From positions 1,982 through 65,981 of the forward strand of contig CAZRFD010000026.1 in the NCBI GenBank assembly GCA_964599085.1: a stretch of DNA of 64,000 nucleotides. The letters run 5' to 3'. The translations under genes were made by a program, and so were the position numbers. This document shows positions 43,973-54,065 of this stretch, one piece after another. A model generated the notes under the pieces. That model was not told the origin of the DNA. It did no database searches and saw nothing but the letters and a program-made list of their open reading frames with translations. Source of the stretch: an uncultured Enterobacterales bacterium (lineage in GTDB: Bacteria > Myxococcota_A > UBA796 > UBA2385). Position 1 is the stretch's first letter. Each line of letters starts with the position of its first letter.

Positions 43973-46015
43973 ATGACCCACCGGGATGCGGCGCCTCTGG
44001 CACCAGGCGCGGACGAACCGTCGGAGGGATCGGTGCGTGGCAACGGGGTGGAACAGCTTCAGCCAGACGGCGCGGCCGGCGACGGCGCGGGCGCCGGCCT
44101 CCCGGACGAACGCGACCAGCGCATCGCGGCGCTGGAACAGCGCGTCGCCCTGCTCGAGGCGGTGCTCGAGGGGATGCCCGACCCGCTCTTCGCCAAGGAC
44201 GCGGCGCACCGCTTCGTCTACGTCAACGCGTCGCTGGGGCGGATGATCGGGCATGACCCGCGCGTGATGCTCGGGCGCAGTGACCTGGACTTCTTCCCGC
44301 CGGACCAGGTGGAGGTGTTCTGGGAACGCGACGACCGGGTCCTCGAGTCGGGGGTGGTCGACGCCCACATCGAAGAGATCGAGCATGCCGACGGCGCTGA
44401 GCAGGTGATCGCCACCCGCAAGGCCCGGGCGAGCGGACCCGGTGGGCGCAGCCTCGTCGTCGGCACCATCCGCGATGTCTCCGAGGGCGCGGCCCGCCAC
44501 GCGCAGCGCGACCAGGAGCTGCGCGTCGTCCGCGAGCTGCTGGAGCGGGTCACGCGGCAGGCGCGCATCGGCATCCTGCTGGTCGATCGCAAGGGCTTCG
44601 TACAACACATGTCGGGCCCCGATCTGGCGCGGATGGGCATCAGCACCGGCAACGCCGCCGGCATCCACTTCCACTCCTTCGGTGGGCTCTGGCCAGAAGT
44701 CGTGCCGGCGATCGACGCTGCGCTGCGTGGCCAGAGCCGCAGCCAGGTGCTGCGCTGGCGGGGGCGTGAACGCCAGGTCACCATCTCGCCGGTCTACGAC
44801 GACGGCACGACGCTGTCGGGGGCGGTGCTGTTCAGCGTCGACCTCGCCATCCTCGACGAACAGGAGCGCCGCCGCGTCCACCAGGAACGCATGGACAGCC
44901 TCGGTCGCCTGGCGGGCGGGGTCGCCCACGACCTCAACAACCTGTTGTCCATCGTGATGATGGGCACCAGCACGCTACGGGACGCGCTGTCCGCCGACGA
45001 TCTTCGCGGCGCCGACGACCAGGTGAGCATCCTGGAGCGGTCCGTCGAGCGCGGGGCCCGGCTGTCGCGCCAGCTCGCCTCCTTTGCGCGGCGGCAGGTC
45101 GGTTCGGCGTCGGTCATCGACCTGCACGCCCACCTCCGCCCGGCGCGCGCCTTCCTCGACAGCTTGATCGGCGACGGCGTGCAGCTCGACATCCGGCTCT
45201 GCCCGCAGCCTCCTCGCGTGCGCATCCTCCCCGGGCAGGTCGAGCAGCTCGTCATCAACCTGGCCATGCACGCCGCCGCCGGCGCTCCGGTGGGGAGTCA
45301 CATCATCCTGGAGACCGAGTGCCGGCGGGTCGGCGACGACGCGGAGCTGAGCCCCGGGGACTTCGTCGTGATCCGTGCCATCGACCACGGAGCGCCGCTG
45401 TCGGCGGACCTGCGGGAGCGCGTGTTCGAGCCCTTCTTCGATGCCGGCCGGGGTGGGACCGGCATGGGGCTGGCGACCTGCTATGGCATCGCTCGTCAGG
45501 CCGGGGGGCGCGCGCTGGCGCGGGTGGATGACGAGGGGCGCAACGTCGTCGAGGTCCTGCTGCCTATGACCACCGCCGAGCTGTCGTCGCTCGATGACAG
45601 CGTGATGCTGTCGGAAGCCCGCACGCGCACGGGACGCATCCTGCTCGCCGAGGACGAACCCCTGCTGCGGGGGCAGCTCACCGAGCTGCTGCGGACGGCG
45701 GGACACCTCGTCGTGGGCTTCGCGGATGGCCGCGGGGCGGCGGCGTGGTTCGATGCCCACTCCACCGACGTGGATCTCGTCGTCAGCGACGTCGTCATGC
45801 CGGAGCTGTCCGGCAGCGAGCTGGCGCGGCACCTCGACGGACGCGTGCCGATCCTGCTGATGTCGGGATTTGCGGGCGACGACACCGACGCGCTGTCGTC
45901 GCTGCCAGGGGTCGCCGACGTGCTCGCCAAGCCCGTGCGCCCCGACATCCTGCTCCGGGCCGTGCAGATGATCCTCGCCCGCAGGCACCTTCAGCGAAGC
46001 AGCAGCCGGCGCTGA
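43973..46015 (+). CDS. Hybrid sensor histidine kinase (PAS - PAS - HisKA - HATPase - REC)
   Basis: H-box GGVAHDLNNLL. ATP lid DHGAPLSADLRERVFEPFFDAGRGGTGMGLATCYG. C-terminal receiver ILLAEDEPLL...DLVVSDVVMPELSG...LAKP. Start ambiguous (43946 or 43973). Confidence 0.8.
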   Translation: MTHRDAAPLAPGADEPSEGSVRGNGVEQLQPDGAAGDGAGAGLPDERDQRIAALEQRVALLEAVLEGMPDPLFAKDAAHRFVYVNASLGRMIGHDPRVMLGRSDLDFFPPDQVEVFWERDDRVLESGVVDAHIEEIEHADGAEQVIATRKARASGPGGRSLVVGTIRDVSEGAARHAQRDQELRVVRELLERVTRQARIGILLVDRKGFVQHMSGPDLARMGISTGNAAGIHFHSFGGLWPEVVPAIDAALRGQSRSQVLRWRGRERQVTISPVYDDGTTLSGAVLFSVDLAILDEQERRRVHQERMDSLGRLAGGVAHDLNNLLSIVMMGTSTLRDALSADDLRGADDQVSILERSVERGARLSRQLASFARRQVGSASVIDLHAHLRPARAFLDSLIGDGVQLDIRLCPQPPRVRILPGQVEQLVINLAMHAAAGAPVGSHIILETECRRVGDDAELSPGDFVVIRAIDHGAPLSADLRERVFEPFFDAGRGGTGMGLATCYGIARQAGGRALARVDDEGRNVVEVLLPMTTAELSSLDDSVMLSEARTRTGRILLAEDEPLLRGQLTELLRTAGHLVVGFADGRGAAAWFDAHSTDVDLVVSDVVMPELSGSELARHLDGRVPILLMSGFAGDDTDALSSLPGVADVLAKPVRPDILLRAVQMILARRHLQRSSSRR

Positions 46016-46121
46016 TCGCCAGGCCGCGGCGCCCCCCCGGCGCTACGAAGCCACGGCACGCTGTCAGCACACACCCAGCGGTGCGGCGCAGGAACAGGGC
46101 GGCAGGCCGCCTCCCCGCCCG

Positions 46122-49100
46122 TCAGTGGTTCTCGCTGTTGTCCGCAGCGTTCGAGCAGTTGACGTCGTCGGCGTCTACGCTACCGTCGCTGTCGTTGTCG
46201 ACACCGTCGTTGCACGCCGCCCCCGCCGGGTCGAAGCCGTCGTCTTCGTCTTCGACCCACACCGAGGTGCAGATGGGGTCGTCGAGGTCGGTCCAGCCGT
46301 CGCTGTCGTTGTCGAGCCCGTCGTTGCACTGGGTCGAGGGGTCGACCTCTGACTTGGTCGAGCCCGTCAGGCAGCCGGGGTCGTCGGCGTCGATGAAGCC
46401 GTCGGCGTCATCGTCGACGCCGTTGTTGCACTCCCCGCCCGCCAGGCCGTCGTCCTCGAACAGCTCGTCTGCCGAGGCGCAGACCGGATCGTCGGTGTCG
46501 GTCCAGCCGTCGCCGTCGTTGTCCAGCCCGTCGCTGCACTCCGGCGTGTGGGTCTCGTCGTCATCAAACGCGGTCGCACAGCCGGGGTCTTCGGCGTCGA
46601 CGAGGGAGTCGGCGTCGTCGTCCGTGAGGTTGTTGCAGGTGAAGCTGGCTTCTTCTCCGATCTCGGTCGTGCCCCAGGCGCAGTCGGGATCGTCGGTGTC
46701 GACCCAGCCGTCACCGTCGTCGTCGCTGCCGTTGCTGCACTCACCCGTGTCGCCGTCGCTCTCCGCGTTGTCGAGGGCGTCCACGCAGTCGACGTCGTCG
46801 GCGTCCGTCGCGCCGTCGCGATCGTTGTCGAGGCCGTCGTTGCACTCGGTGTCGCCGTGGCCGGCTTCGGCGGTGGCCGCGACGCAGTCGGGGTCGTCGG
46901 TGTCGATCCAACCGTCCGCGTCGTTGTCGCTGCCGTCGGAGCAGCTCGACGCCAGGTCGGCTTCCGACGTGTCGTCGCCGCTCAGGCAGCCGCTGTCGTC
47001 GGCGTCGATGAGCCCATCGCCGTCGTCGTCGAGGGCGTTGTTGCAGGCGAAGCTGGTGAACCCGAGCTCTTCGCCCCAGATCCCGCAGTCGGGATCGTCG
47101 TCGTCGGCCCAGCCGTCGTCGTCGTTGTCCGTGCCGTCGTCACAGGGCATGGCGTGGCTGGACTCCGAGTTGTCGTAGCCGTCGACGCAGTCAGTGTCGT
47201 CGGCGTCGATGGCGCCGTCCACGTCGTTGTCCAGCCCATCCGAGCACGCGGTGTCGGTCCGGGTGCCGTCTTCGGCGGCACCGTCCAGGCAGTCCGTGTC
47301 CGAGCTGTCGATCCAGCCGTCACCGTCGTCGTCGGAGCGGTTGCTGCAGCTCAGGCTGCTCGACTCTTCGTCGTCGTCGAGTGAGTCGTCGCAGTCGATG
47401 TCCCGCGAGTCGACGTCGCCGTCGGCGTCGTTGTCGATGAAGTCGTTGCAGGCATAGCCGCTGATGCCGGCTTCTCCACCGTAGATCCAGCAGTCCACGT
47501 CGTAGTCGTCGGTCCAGCCGTCGCCGTCGTCGTCGACACCGTTGTCGCAGGAGCTGGCGACCAGGGCGGTCTCGGTGTCTTCCCAGGGCACGTCGCAGTC
47601 GGGGTCGTCGGCGTCGATGGCGCCGTCGCCGTCGTTGTCCAGCTCGTCGTTGCAGGCGAAGCTGGTGAAGCCGAGCTCGTTGCCGCCGGTGAGGCAGTCG
47701 AGATCGTCGGCGTCCACCCATCCGTCGCCGTCGTCGTCTTCGCCGTTGGCGCAGTCATCGGCATCCGGGTCTTCGACCGGATCGGAGGCGGACTCGCAGC
47801 CGGTGTCCCACGCGTCGTAGACGAAGTTGCCGTCGTTGTCGATGCCGTCGTTGCACTCACCCGTTCCGAAGCCGCGCTCGGTGATGCCGCCGGCGTCGCA
47901 GTCGGGGTCGTCGAGGTCGGTCCAGCCATCCCCGTCGTTGTCGGTGGCGTCTTCGCACTGGCCGAGGTCTTCGTCGTCGACCAGGCCGTCGGTGCAGGCA
48001 GGGTCCAGCGAGTCGATGAAGCCGTCGCCGTCGTTGTCGACGAAGTCGTTGCACTCGGTGTCCTCGAGCGCACCGTCCTCGACGCCGAAGGCACAGTCGG
48101 GATCGTCGCCATCCACCCAGCCGTCGAGGTCGTTGTCGGCCCCGTCGGCGCAGGTGTCGGTCGACTCGGCCTCGAGGGTGTCCGAGGCGTCCTGGCAGTC
48201 GAGGTCCTCGCCGTCGATGGCGTCGTCGAGGTCGTCGTCGATGCCGTTGTTGCACTCGGTGTCGCCGTAGCCGACCTCTGCGTCGCCGCTGGCGCAGTCG
48301 GGATCATTGGCGTCGATCCAGCCGTCGCCGTCGTTGTCCAGCTCGTCTTCACAGTCTGTGATCGGCGAGCTCTCGTCGTCGTCGTAGCCGTCGGTGCAGC
48401 CAGGGTCGTCGGCGTCGACGAGGCCGTTGCCGTCGTTGTCGTTGCCGTCGTTGCACTCGTAGACCGACGTCGCCGGGGATTCGGTGCTGGTGTCGTAGTC
48501 AGCGAAGCAGGCCGGGTCGTCGAGGTCGGCCCAGCCGTCGCCGTCGTTGTCGACACCGTCGCCGCAGGCGGCGTCGCCCTCGTAGTCGTCGCTGCCGTCG
48601 CTGCAGTCGACGTCGTCGGCGTCCACCGAGCCATCCTTGTCGTCGTCGACGCCGTTGTTGCAGGCGTAGCTGGTGTCGATGTCGACTTCTTCGTCGCCGC
48701 TGCTGCAGTCGGGATCGTCGGCGTCGGTCCAGCCGTCGTCGTCATCATCGAGGCCATTGTGGCAGGCGTCGACCTCGGCGTCGTCGGCAGCTTCCAGGCA
48801 GTCGGGATCGACGGTGTCGATGGCGCCGTCGCCGTCGTTGTCGCTGCCGTCGTTGCACTCGGTGCTGCCGAAGCCCGCTTCGGCGTCACCGGTCACGCAG
48901 TCGGGGTCGCTGCTGTCGATCCAGCCGTCACCATCGTCGTCTTCGCCGTTGGTGCACTGGTCGACCTCGTCGTCGTCGCTGGCGCTGCTGCAGCCGGAGT
49001 CTTCGGAGTCGACCGCCCCGTCGCCGTCGTCGTCGACGCCGTTGTTGCACTGGGGCCCGTCGGTGTCGAAGCCCAGCTCGTTGGCGCCGCTGCTGCAGTC

Positions 49101-50408
49101 GGGGTCGTCGGCGTCGACCCAGCCGTCGCCGTCGTTGTCTTCGGCGTCGTTGCAGTCGTCGGCCTCGATCCGGTCGTCGGCGCTGGTGCAGTCCGGGTCC
49201 AGGGCATCGATCAAGCTGTCGCCGTCGTTGTCGATCCCGTCGCTGCACTGGGTCGTGGCTTCGAAGCCGCCCTCGTCATCGCCATAGGGACTGTCGCAGC
49301 CCAGGTCGTCGAGGTCGGTCCAGCCGTCCCCGTCGTTGTCGAGCTCGTCTTCGCAGGCGTTGAGCTCTGTGTCGTCGAAGGCGTCTTCACAGGCCGGGTC
49401 GTCGGCGTCGATGTCGCCGTCGTCGTCGTTGTCGACGCCGTCGTTGCACTCGGTGCTGCCGTAGCCGACCTCGTCGTCGCCGCCGTCGGCGCAGTCGGGA
49501 TCGTCCATGTCGATGTAGCCGTCGCCGTCGTCGTCGAGCTCGTTCTCGCACGGGGGCGAGGACTCGTCGTCGTCGAGTGCGCTGTCACAGTGCGGGTCGT
49601 CGCCGTCGATGTACCCGTCGCTGTCGTTGTCGACGCCGTCGTTGCACTGCGAGCTGCCGTAGCCCAGCTCTTCATCGCCGACGCCACAGTCGGGGTCGGC
49701 GAGGTCGGTCCAGCCGTCGCCGTCGTCGTCTTCGCCGTTGTCGCAGGGGCTGCTCTCGACGTCGTCGGTCGGGCCGTCGCAGTCGGGGTCGTCAACATCG
49801 ACCAGTCCGTCGTCGTCGTTGTCCAGACCGTCGTTGCACTCTGTGTCGCCGTAGCCGAGCTCTTCATCGCCCAGATCGCAGTCGGGGTCGTCGGCGTCGG
49901 TGTAGCCGTCGCCGTCATCGTCTTCGCCGTTCTCGCACATCGTGATCGGGTCGTCGAGGAGAGCGAGCGGGATGGTGACATCGACGACCTGGTCGGTCTG
50001 GAAGGACAGCGGACCGTAGGTCTCGGACTGCAGGGTCTGCGTCGTGCCCTGCCACCCCTGGACGGAGAGGGCGAAGGGGGAGTCGTTGTCGCCGGCCGCC
50101 AGCTCGATGACCGGGAAGCCCGAGGAGGCCACGATGAAGTGGACCACCAGCTCCAGGTCGTCGTCGTCTTCGATGGCGTTCGCCAGCGAGCTGCGGCTGT
50201 CGAGCTCGCCGGCTTCCAGCGGGTTGCCCGACGCGTCGACGTAGGGTTCGCTGGGATCGAGGATCAGGTAGAGATCGTCTGTGGCTTCGGCGATGGCGGC
50301 GTCGTCGCCGTCGAAGCTGATCTTGATCGTGGTGCGCGGATCCGGTGGCTGCTTGCAGGCGGCCAGGGCCAGGATGACGGGAAGGGTCACGGCGAGCTGT
50401 CGAGTCAT
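46122..50408 (-). CDS. Giant lipoprotein made of ~45 tandem Cys/Asp-rich repeats (C-x-D/N-G-x-D-(D/N)-D-G-D-G-x-x-D-x-x-D-P-D-C; thrombospondin-type-3 / MopE-like Ca2+/metal-binding)
   Basis: Start MTRQLAVTLPVILALAACKQPPD (lipobox LAAC), ATGA overlap with the upstream PEGA gene. From about aa 230 to 1428 alternating units CDNGEDDDGDGWTDLADPDC and ECNDGVDNDxDGxIDxDDPxC. Overlapping plus-strand poly-Ser/Ala ORFs are antisense artefacts. Confidence 0.8.
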   Translation of the reverse strand: MTRQLAVTLPVILALAACKQPPDPRTTIKISFDGDDAAIAEATDDLYLILDPSEPYVDASGNPLEAGELDSRSSLANAIEDDDDLELVVHFIVASSGFPVIELAAGDNDSPFALSVQGWQGTTQTLQSETYGPLSFQTDQVVDVTIPLALLDDPITMCENGEDDDGDGYTDADDPDCDLGDEELGYGDTECNDGLDNDDDGLVDVDDPDCDGPTDDVESSPCDNGEDDDGDGWTDLADPDCGVGDEELGYGSSQCNDGVDNDSDGYIDGDDPHCDSALDDDESSPPCENELDDDGDGYIDMDDPDCADGGDDEVGYGSTECNDGVDNDDDGDIDADDPACEDAFDDTELNACEDELDNDGDGWTDLDDLGCDSPYGDDEGGFEATTQCSDGIDNDGDSLIDALDPDCTSADDRIEADDCNDAEDNDGDGWVDADDPDCSSGANELGFDTDGPQCNNGVDDDGDGAVDSEDSGCSSASDDDEVDQCTNGEDDDGDGWIDSSDPDCVTGDAEAGFGSTECNDGSDNDGDGAIDTVDPDCLEAADDAEVDACHNGLDDDDDGWTDADDPDCSSGDEEVDIDTSYACNNGVDDDKDGSVDADDVDCSDGSDDYEGDAACGDGVDNDGDGWADLDDPACFADYDTSTESPATSVYECNDGNDNDGNGLVDADDPGCTDGYDDDESSPITDCEDELDNDGDGWIDANDPDCASGDAEVGYGDTECNNGIDDDLDDAIDGEDLDCQDASDTLEAESTDTCADGADNDLDGWVDGDDPDCAFGVEDGALEDTECNDFVDNDGDGFIDSLDPACTDGLVDDEDLGQCEDATDNDGDGWTDLDDPDCDAGGITERGFGTGECNDGIDNDGNFVYDAWDTGCESASDPVEDPDADDCANGEDDDGDGWVDADDLDCLTGGNELGFTSFACNDELDNDGDGAIDADDPDCDVPWEDTETALVASSCDNGVDDDGDGWTDDYDVDCWIYGGEAGISGYACNDFIDNDADGDVDSRDIDCDDSLDDDEESSSLSCSNRSDDDGDGWIDSSDTDCLDGAAEDGTRTDTACSDGLDNDVDGAIDADDTDCVDGYDNSESSHAMPCDDGTDNDDDGWADDDDPDCGIWGEELGFTSFACNNALDDDGDGLIDADDSGCLSGDDTSEADLASSCSDGSDNDADGWIDTDDPDCVAATAEAGHGDTECNDGLDNDRDGATDADDVDCVDALDNAESDGDTGECSNGSDDDGDGWVDTDDPDCAWGTTEIGEEASFTCNNLTDDDADSLVDAEDPGCATAFDDDETHTPECSDGLDNDGDGWTDTDDPVCASADELFEDDGLAGGECNNGVDDDADGFIDADDPGCLTGSTKSEVDPSTQCNDGLDNDSDGWTDLDDPICTSVWVEDEDDGFDPAGAACNDGVDNDSDGSVDADDVNCSNAADNSENH
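46400..49950 (-). repeat. Intragenic tandem array of ~75-bp (25-aa) Asp/Cys-rich repeat units
   Basis: Repeats seen in translation; DNA-level identity is imperfect (degenerate codons). Coordinates approximate. Confidence 0.7.
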
Positions 50409-51514
50409 GGCACGTCCACCACGATGTCCCCGGCGGGGATGGGGTCGGGAATTGTAGCGTTGTAGGCGATGATGCCGCCGGTTGTTCCGGCCGCCGCGAC
50501 GGCGCCGGCGCCCGCCCAGAAGGCCCAGGAACGGGTCAGTGGCGTGTAGGCCTTGAGCTCGGCGCGGTCGTCGCTGAGCTTCGCCTTCCACCAGGCACCG
50601 CCGGTCTCGGGGATCTCGATGCGCGCTTCGACCGACTGGGCGCCTGGCGCCGAGACCGACAGCGTGTAGCGACCGCGCTCGAGCTCGGGCAGGCGCACGC
50701 TGCGCCCCGCGCCGACCTGGACGCCGTTGAGGCGCACGGTCGCGTCGTTGTCGTTGGTCTTGACCGTGAGACCGGCGCCCGACTCGGACAGGCGGACGTT
50801 GACGACCCCCTTGCTGCCGTCGGTGGTGTCGACGGTGCGGAGGATCGTGGCGTAGCCCTTCATGTCGAGGAGGACCTGGTGCATGCCGGGATCGATGCCC
50901 TCGAGCTGGACCGGGGTCTGGCCGACGCCGCGTCCGTCGAGGAAGACCTCGGCGCCCTCGGGGCGTGACGTGACGCTGAACCGGCCGCTGCTGCTCTCGA
51001 GCTGTTCGACCAGCAGCAGGTTCTTGCCCGGCTGGAAGTCGAACTCACCGTCGTCTGGTTCGTGGGCCGGTGCTTCCAGGTGCCACTTGTAGGTGCCCGG
51101 CTCGAGCTGGCGCAGCCGCACCGGCGTGGGGTACTCGTCCCTTCCGTTGAGCGTGAGCACAGCACCCGCCGGATCGACCACGAACTCGACCGTGCCGCCG
51201 CCCGGGAGCAGGTCTGCGGCCAGCTCGGTCGTCCGACCACGGCTGATGTTCACGCGGCGCACGAAGGGGTCGTAGTGGTCCGCAGCCACGCGGACCGTGT
51301 GGCTGCCCTGCGCGACGTAGGTCGTGATCGGTGCGTCGCCGAGGAGCTCGTTGTCGACGTAGACGACCGCGCCCTGGACGGGGGCGGTCACTCGCAGCAT
51401 GCCCGTGTCGTCTGCGTGGGCTGGCGCTTCCGTGGCGGCCAGCGTCGCGGCAAGGGGCAGCGCGATGAGGGTCGGGAGGAGGAGGACGCGGAGGGCAGAG
51501 GTCAGTGAGCGCAT
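50405..51514 (-). CDS. PEGA-domain protein (secreted, C-terminal TM)
   Basis: Signal peptide MRSLTSALRVLLLPTLIALPLAATLAA. PEGA motif SRPEGAEVFLDGRGVGQTPV with three further PEGA-like beta-sandwich repeats. C-terminal WAFWAGAGAVAAAGTTGGIIAY TM. Confidence 0.75.
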   Translation of the reverse strand: MRSLTSALRVLLLPTLIALPLAATLAATEAPAHADDTGMLRVTAPVQGAVVYVDNELLGDAPITTYVAQGSHTVRVAADHYDPFVRRVNISRGRTTELAADLLPGGGTVEFVVDPAGAVLTLNGRDEYPTPVRLRQLEPGTYKWHLEAPAHEPDDGEFDFQPGKNLLLVEQLESSSGRFSVTSRPEGAEVFLDGRGVGQTPVQLEGIDPGMHQVLLDMKGYATILRTVDTTDGSKGVVNVRLSESGAGLTVKTNDNDATVRLNGVQVGAGRSVRLPELERGRYTLSVSAPGAQSVEARIEIPETGGAWWKAKLSDDRAELKAYTPLTRSWAFWAGAGAVAAAGTTGGIIAYNATIPDPIPAGDIVVDVP

Positions 51515-51635
51515 CGGGCTGTGGCCGTCGGTGAGGGGAGGAGCCGCGGCGAGGAAGGCGGCACACCCTGGAGGATCTCGCGAGGAGCTCGCGACCGTCG
51601 GAGGGTAGCAGAGCAGGTGCGCCTGCTCCACCTCG

Positions 51636-53465
51636 TCAACGGGTCGGGTGGAGGATTCGCACGTCGCCCTGGCGCAGGGTGACGCGCCGGGCATCCAGCC
51701 ACTCCAAGAGGGGGATGGCCATCCGGCGTGACAGGCCGCTGAGATCCTTGAAGTCGGAGGTGCTCAACGAGCCCGTGGCGTCGAGGTGCGCTCGGACGCG
51801 GGCCACGAGCGTGTCGAGTCGGGCGCCGGTGACCGCGCGGTCGGCGACGCGGTGCACGCGGCCATCGCCGACGAGGAGCATGAAGGCGTCGGCGTCGTCC
51901 GCCATCAGCGGGGCGACGGGTGTACCGTCGAGGCCGGCGGCGTCCACGGACGCCAGCATCCGGTCGAGCAGCGCCTGTTGGGCAGCATCGGGGCGCACCT
52001 GGAAGCCGGGGGCCCGGATGATCGGTCCATCCAGCTCGATGCGACCGCGCTCGGCTGCGCTCGCCACCAGATCGTCGAAGGCGCGGTCCCCGAGGTGGCG
52101 CAGCGGGCCGCGGCGCAGGTCACGACGTGGGGCGCCCGGTGTCAGCGGGCGCTCGGCATGCCAGGCCTGCACCGCCGTGACCAGCTCGTCGGTGAGCTTG
52201 TTCCAGGTGTCGGCGTGGACCACGCGATCACCGAGGGGGACGCCATCGGTGATGCCGTGGAGCTCCACCTCCACCGGCGACAGCCCCCGGCGCCCTGCGC
52301 GGGCGAGCAGCACGCCGACCTCGCCGCGACCGTGCTGCGCCAGCTCGTCTGCGACCCGGGCATGGTCGCGGTGCCGGGCGCGCGGCGACCAGGGGTCGAC
52401 GACCTGGCCGCCGCCGAGGGTCTCCACGGGACTCTCGCGCCGGAGCACGAAGCGATCGTGCGGGAGGACCACGATGGGCGTGTCGGTCCGGAGCTGGATG
52501 AGGTGGTCGCGGCCGGGCACCAGGCCGTCGTCGGTGTCCAGCACGCTGCACACGGCCATCACCTCCGCGGTGCCGACGAGCAGGCGCACGCGTGCGCCGT
52601 GGTCGAGGTGCGGCGCGCCGGAGAGGTGGCGGTAGCGGGCGTCGATGACGCTGGCGAGGGGGACCGCGCCAGGCGTGAGCACCACCTGGCCGCGGGCGAG
52701 GTCGTCGCGCTCGATCCCGGCGAGGTTCAGCGCGGTCCGCTGACCGGCCTGGCTGCCGTCGACGCCCTGGCCGTGGACCTGGACGCCGCGCACCCGTGCC
52801 TTGAGGCCGGCGGGCTGGATCTCGACCTCGTCACCGTCGCGGACCTGTCCCGATCGCACGGTGCCGGTCACCACCGTGCCGAAGCCCCGCTGGACGAAGG
52901 CGCGATCGATGGGCAGCCGGAAGGGGCCCGCGCTGCTCCGTTCCGTAGGATCGAGCTCCGCCAGCGCGCCGCGCAGCGGGTCCAGGCCCTGGGGCTCGCC
53001 ACCCGGGGGAGAGGCCGTGGCGATGATCGGCGCGCCCGCGAGGAAGGTGCCGGCGACGGCGTCTTCGACGTCCATCGTGGCCAGCTCGAGCATCTCCTCG
53101 TCCACCTGGTCTGCCATCGTCAGCGCGACGACCCCCTGTTCCACGCCGAGGAGCTGGAGGATGTCGAGGTGCTCGCGGGTCTGGGGCATCACGCCCTCGA
53201 CCGCGCTCACGCAGAGCATCACCGCATCCAGCCCCGTGGCCCCCGCGATCATGGTCCGCACGAGGCGCTCGTGACCGGGCACGTCGACGAAGCTGAGGCG
53301 GCGCCCGCCCGGCAGCTCCAGGGCGGTGAAGCCCAGGGCGATCGTGATGCCGCGCGAGCGCTCTTCCGGGAGGCGGTCGAGGTCCACGCCGGTCAGCGTG
53401 CGCACCAGGCTGGTCTTGCCGTGGTCGATGTGGCCGGCGGTTCCGATGACGAAGTGGCGGGCCAT
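51636..53465 (-). CDS. selB: Selenocysteine-specific elongation factor SelB
   Basis: MARHFVIGTAGHIDHGKTSL (G1), DVPGHE (G3), ALTMADQVDEE (degenerate NKxD typical of SelB), long C-terminal winged-helix region. ORF-track N-terminal 73 aa rejected. Confidence 0.85.
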   Translation of the reverse strand: MARHFVIGTAGHIDHGKTSLVRTLTGVDLDRLPEERSRGITIALGFTALELPGGRRLSFVDVPGHERLVRTMIAGATGLDAVMLCVSAVEGVMPQTREHLDILQLLGVEQGVVALTMADQVDEEMLELATMDVEDAVAGTFLAGAPIIATASPPGGEPQGLDPLRGALAELDPTERSSAGPFRLPIDRAFVQRGFGTVVTGTVRSGQVRDGDEVEIQPAGLKARVRGVQVHGQGVDGSQAGQRTALNLAGIERDDLARGQVVLTPGAVPLASVIDARYRHLSGAPHLDHGARVRLLVGTAEVMAVCSVLDTDDGLVPGRDHLIQLRTDTPIVVLPHDRFVLRRESPVETLGGGQVVDPWSPRARHRDHARVADELAQHGRGEVGVLLARAGRRGLSPVEVELHGITDGVPLGDRVVHADTWNKLTDELVTAVQAWHAERPLTPGAPRRDLRRGPLRHLGDRAFDDLVASAAERGRIELDGPIIRAPGFQVRPDAAQQALLDRMLASVDAAGLDGTPVAPLMADDADAFMLLVGDGRVHRVADRAVTGARLDTLVARVRAHLDATGSLSTSDFKDLSGLSRRMAIPLLEWLDARRVTLRQGDVRILHPTR

Positions 53466-53585
53466 GGAGGCACTCGTGCGGGGCGGCTGGGTGAAGCGAC
53501 TGCGGCGGCAGGGTAGCCTGTCGGTGGCCCGACCGGTCCCGGAGCTCCCGGGGGCGTCGCCGCCACCAAAGAGGAGCCGAACCCC

Positions 53586-54062
53586 ATGACCGCCGAGACC
53601 GACGCGCAGGCCACCGCCGGAGACGAGTGGGAGTACGAGCTGCGCATGCCCGACGGCATGCTCGCCGGGCTGTACCACGTCCACGATCTCCAGGCGCGGC
53701 TCTACGTCGGGGCCATCGATCGCGAGTGCTCGGTGCGCCGACCCGCCCCGGGCCCGGCCTGGCCCGGTGACTCGGCGCGGGCCGGCCCGTGGCAGCCCCT
53801 GTGGTCGATCCCGGCGCTGGCCACGGTGATGGAGCTGCTCGGCATGGAGACGACCCCGGCCGCCGACAAGCGCCAGATCGCGAAGTGGCAGAAGTCCGAC
53901 GACGTCGTCGATGGCGACGCCACCCAGCCCTCGCTGTCCCGAGTGGACCTGCCGGTCGTGGAGCCACCTGCGCCGCCGGCTCGCCCGGTCCTGCCGTTGA
54001 TCATCGGCACGGTCGTGCTGTTGCTGGTCCTGCTCGTGATCGGGCTTGTCCTGGCCAGCTGA
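53586..54062 (+). CDS. Hypothetical C-terminally membrane-anchored protein (possible GYF/DUF4339-like N-terminal domain)
   Basis: AGAGGAG SD. N-terminal GDEWEYELRMPDGMLAGLYHVHDLQARLYVGAID. Pro-rich linker and C-terminal TM LPLIIGTVVLLLVLLVIGLVLAS. Confidence 0.55.
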   Translation: MTAETDAQATAGDEWEYELRMPDGMLAGLYHVHDLQARLYVGAIDRECSVRRPAPGPAWPGDSARAGPWQPLWSIPALATVMELLGMETTPAADKRQIAKWQKSDDVVDGDATQPSLSRVDLPVVEPPAPPARPVLPLIIGTVVLLLVLLVIGLVLAS

Positions 54063-54065
54063 AGC

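Noticed and set aside
45745-48270. Plus-strand poly-Ser/Ala/Pro ORFs (45745..47178, 47542..47820, 47827..48270, 48673..49287, 48759..50465) and minus-strand poly-Thr/Arg ORFs over the giant repeat gene
   Set aside because: They are reverse or shifted-frame translations of the Asp-codon repeat array (GAC/GAT read as Ser/Val). Only the 46122..50408 frame has a lipoprotein signal and coherent repeats.
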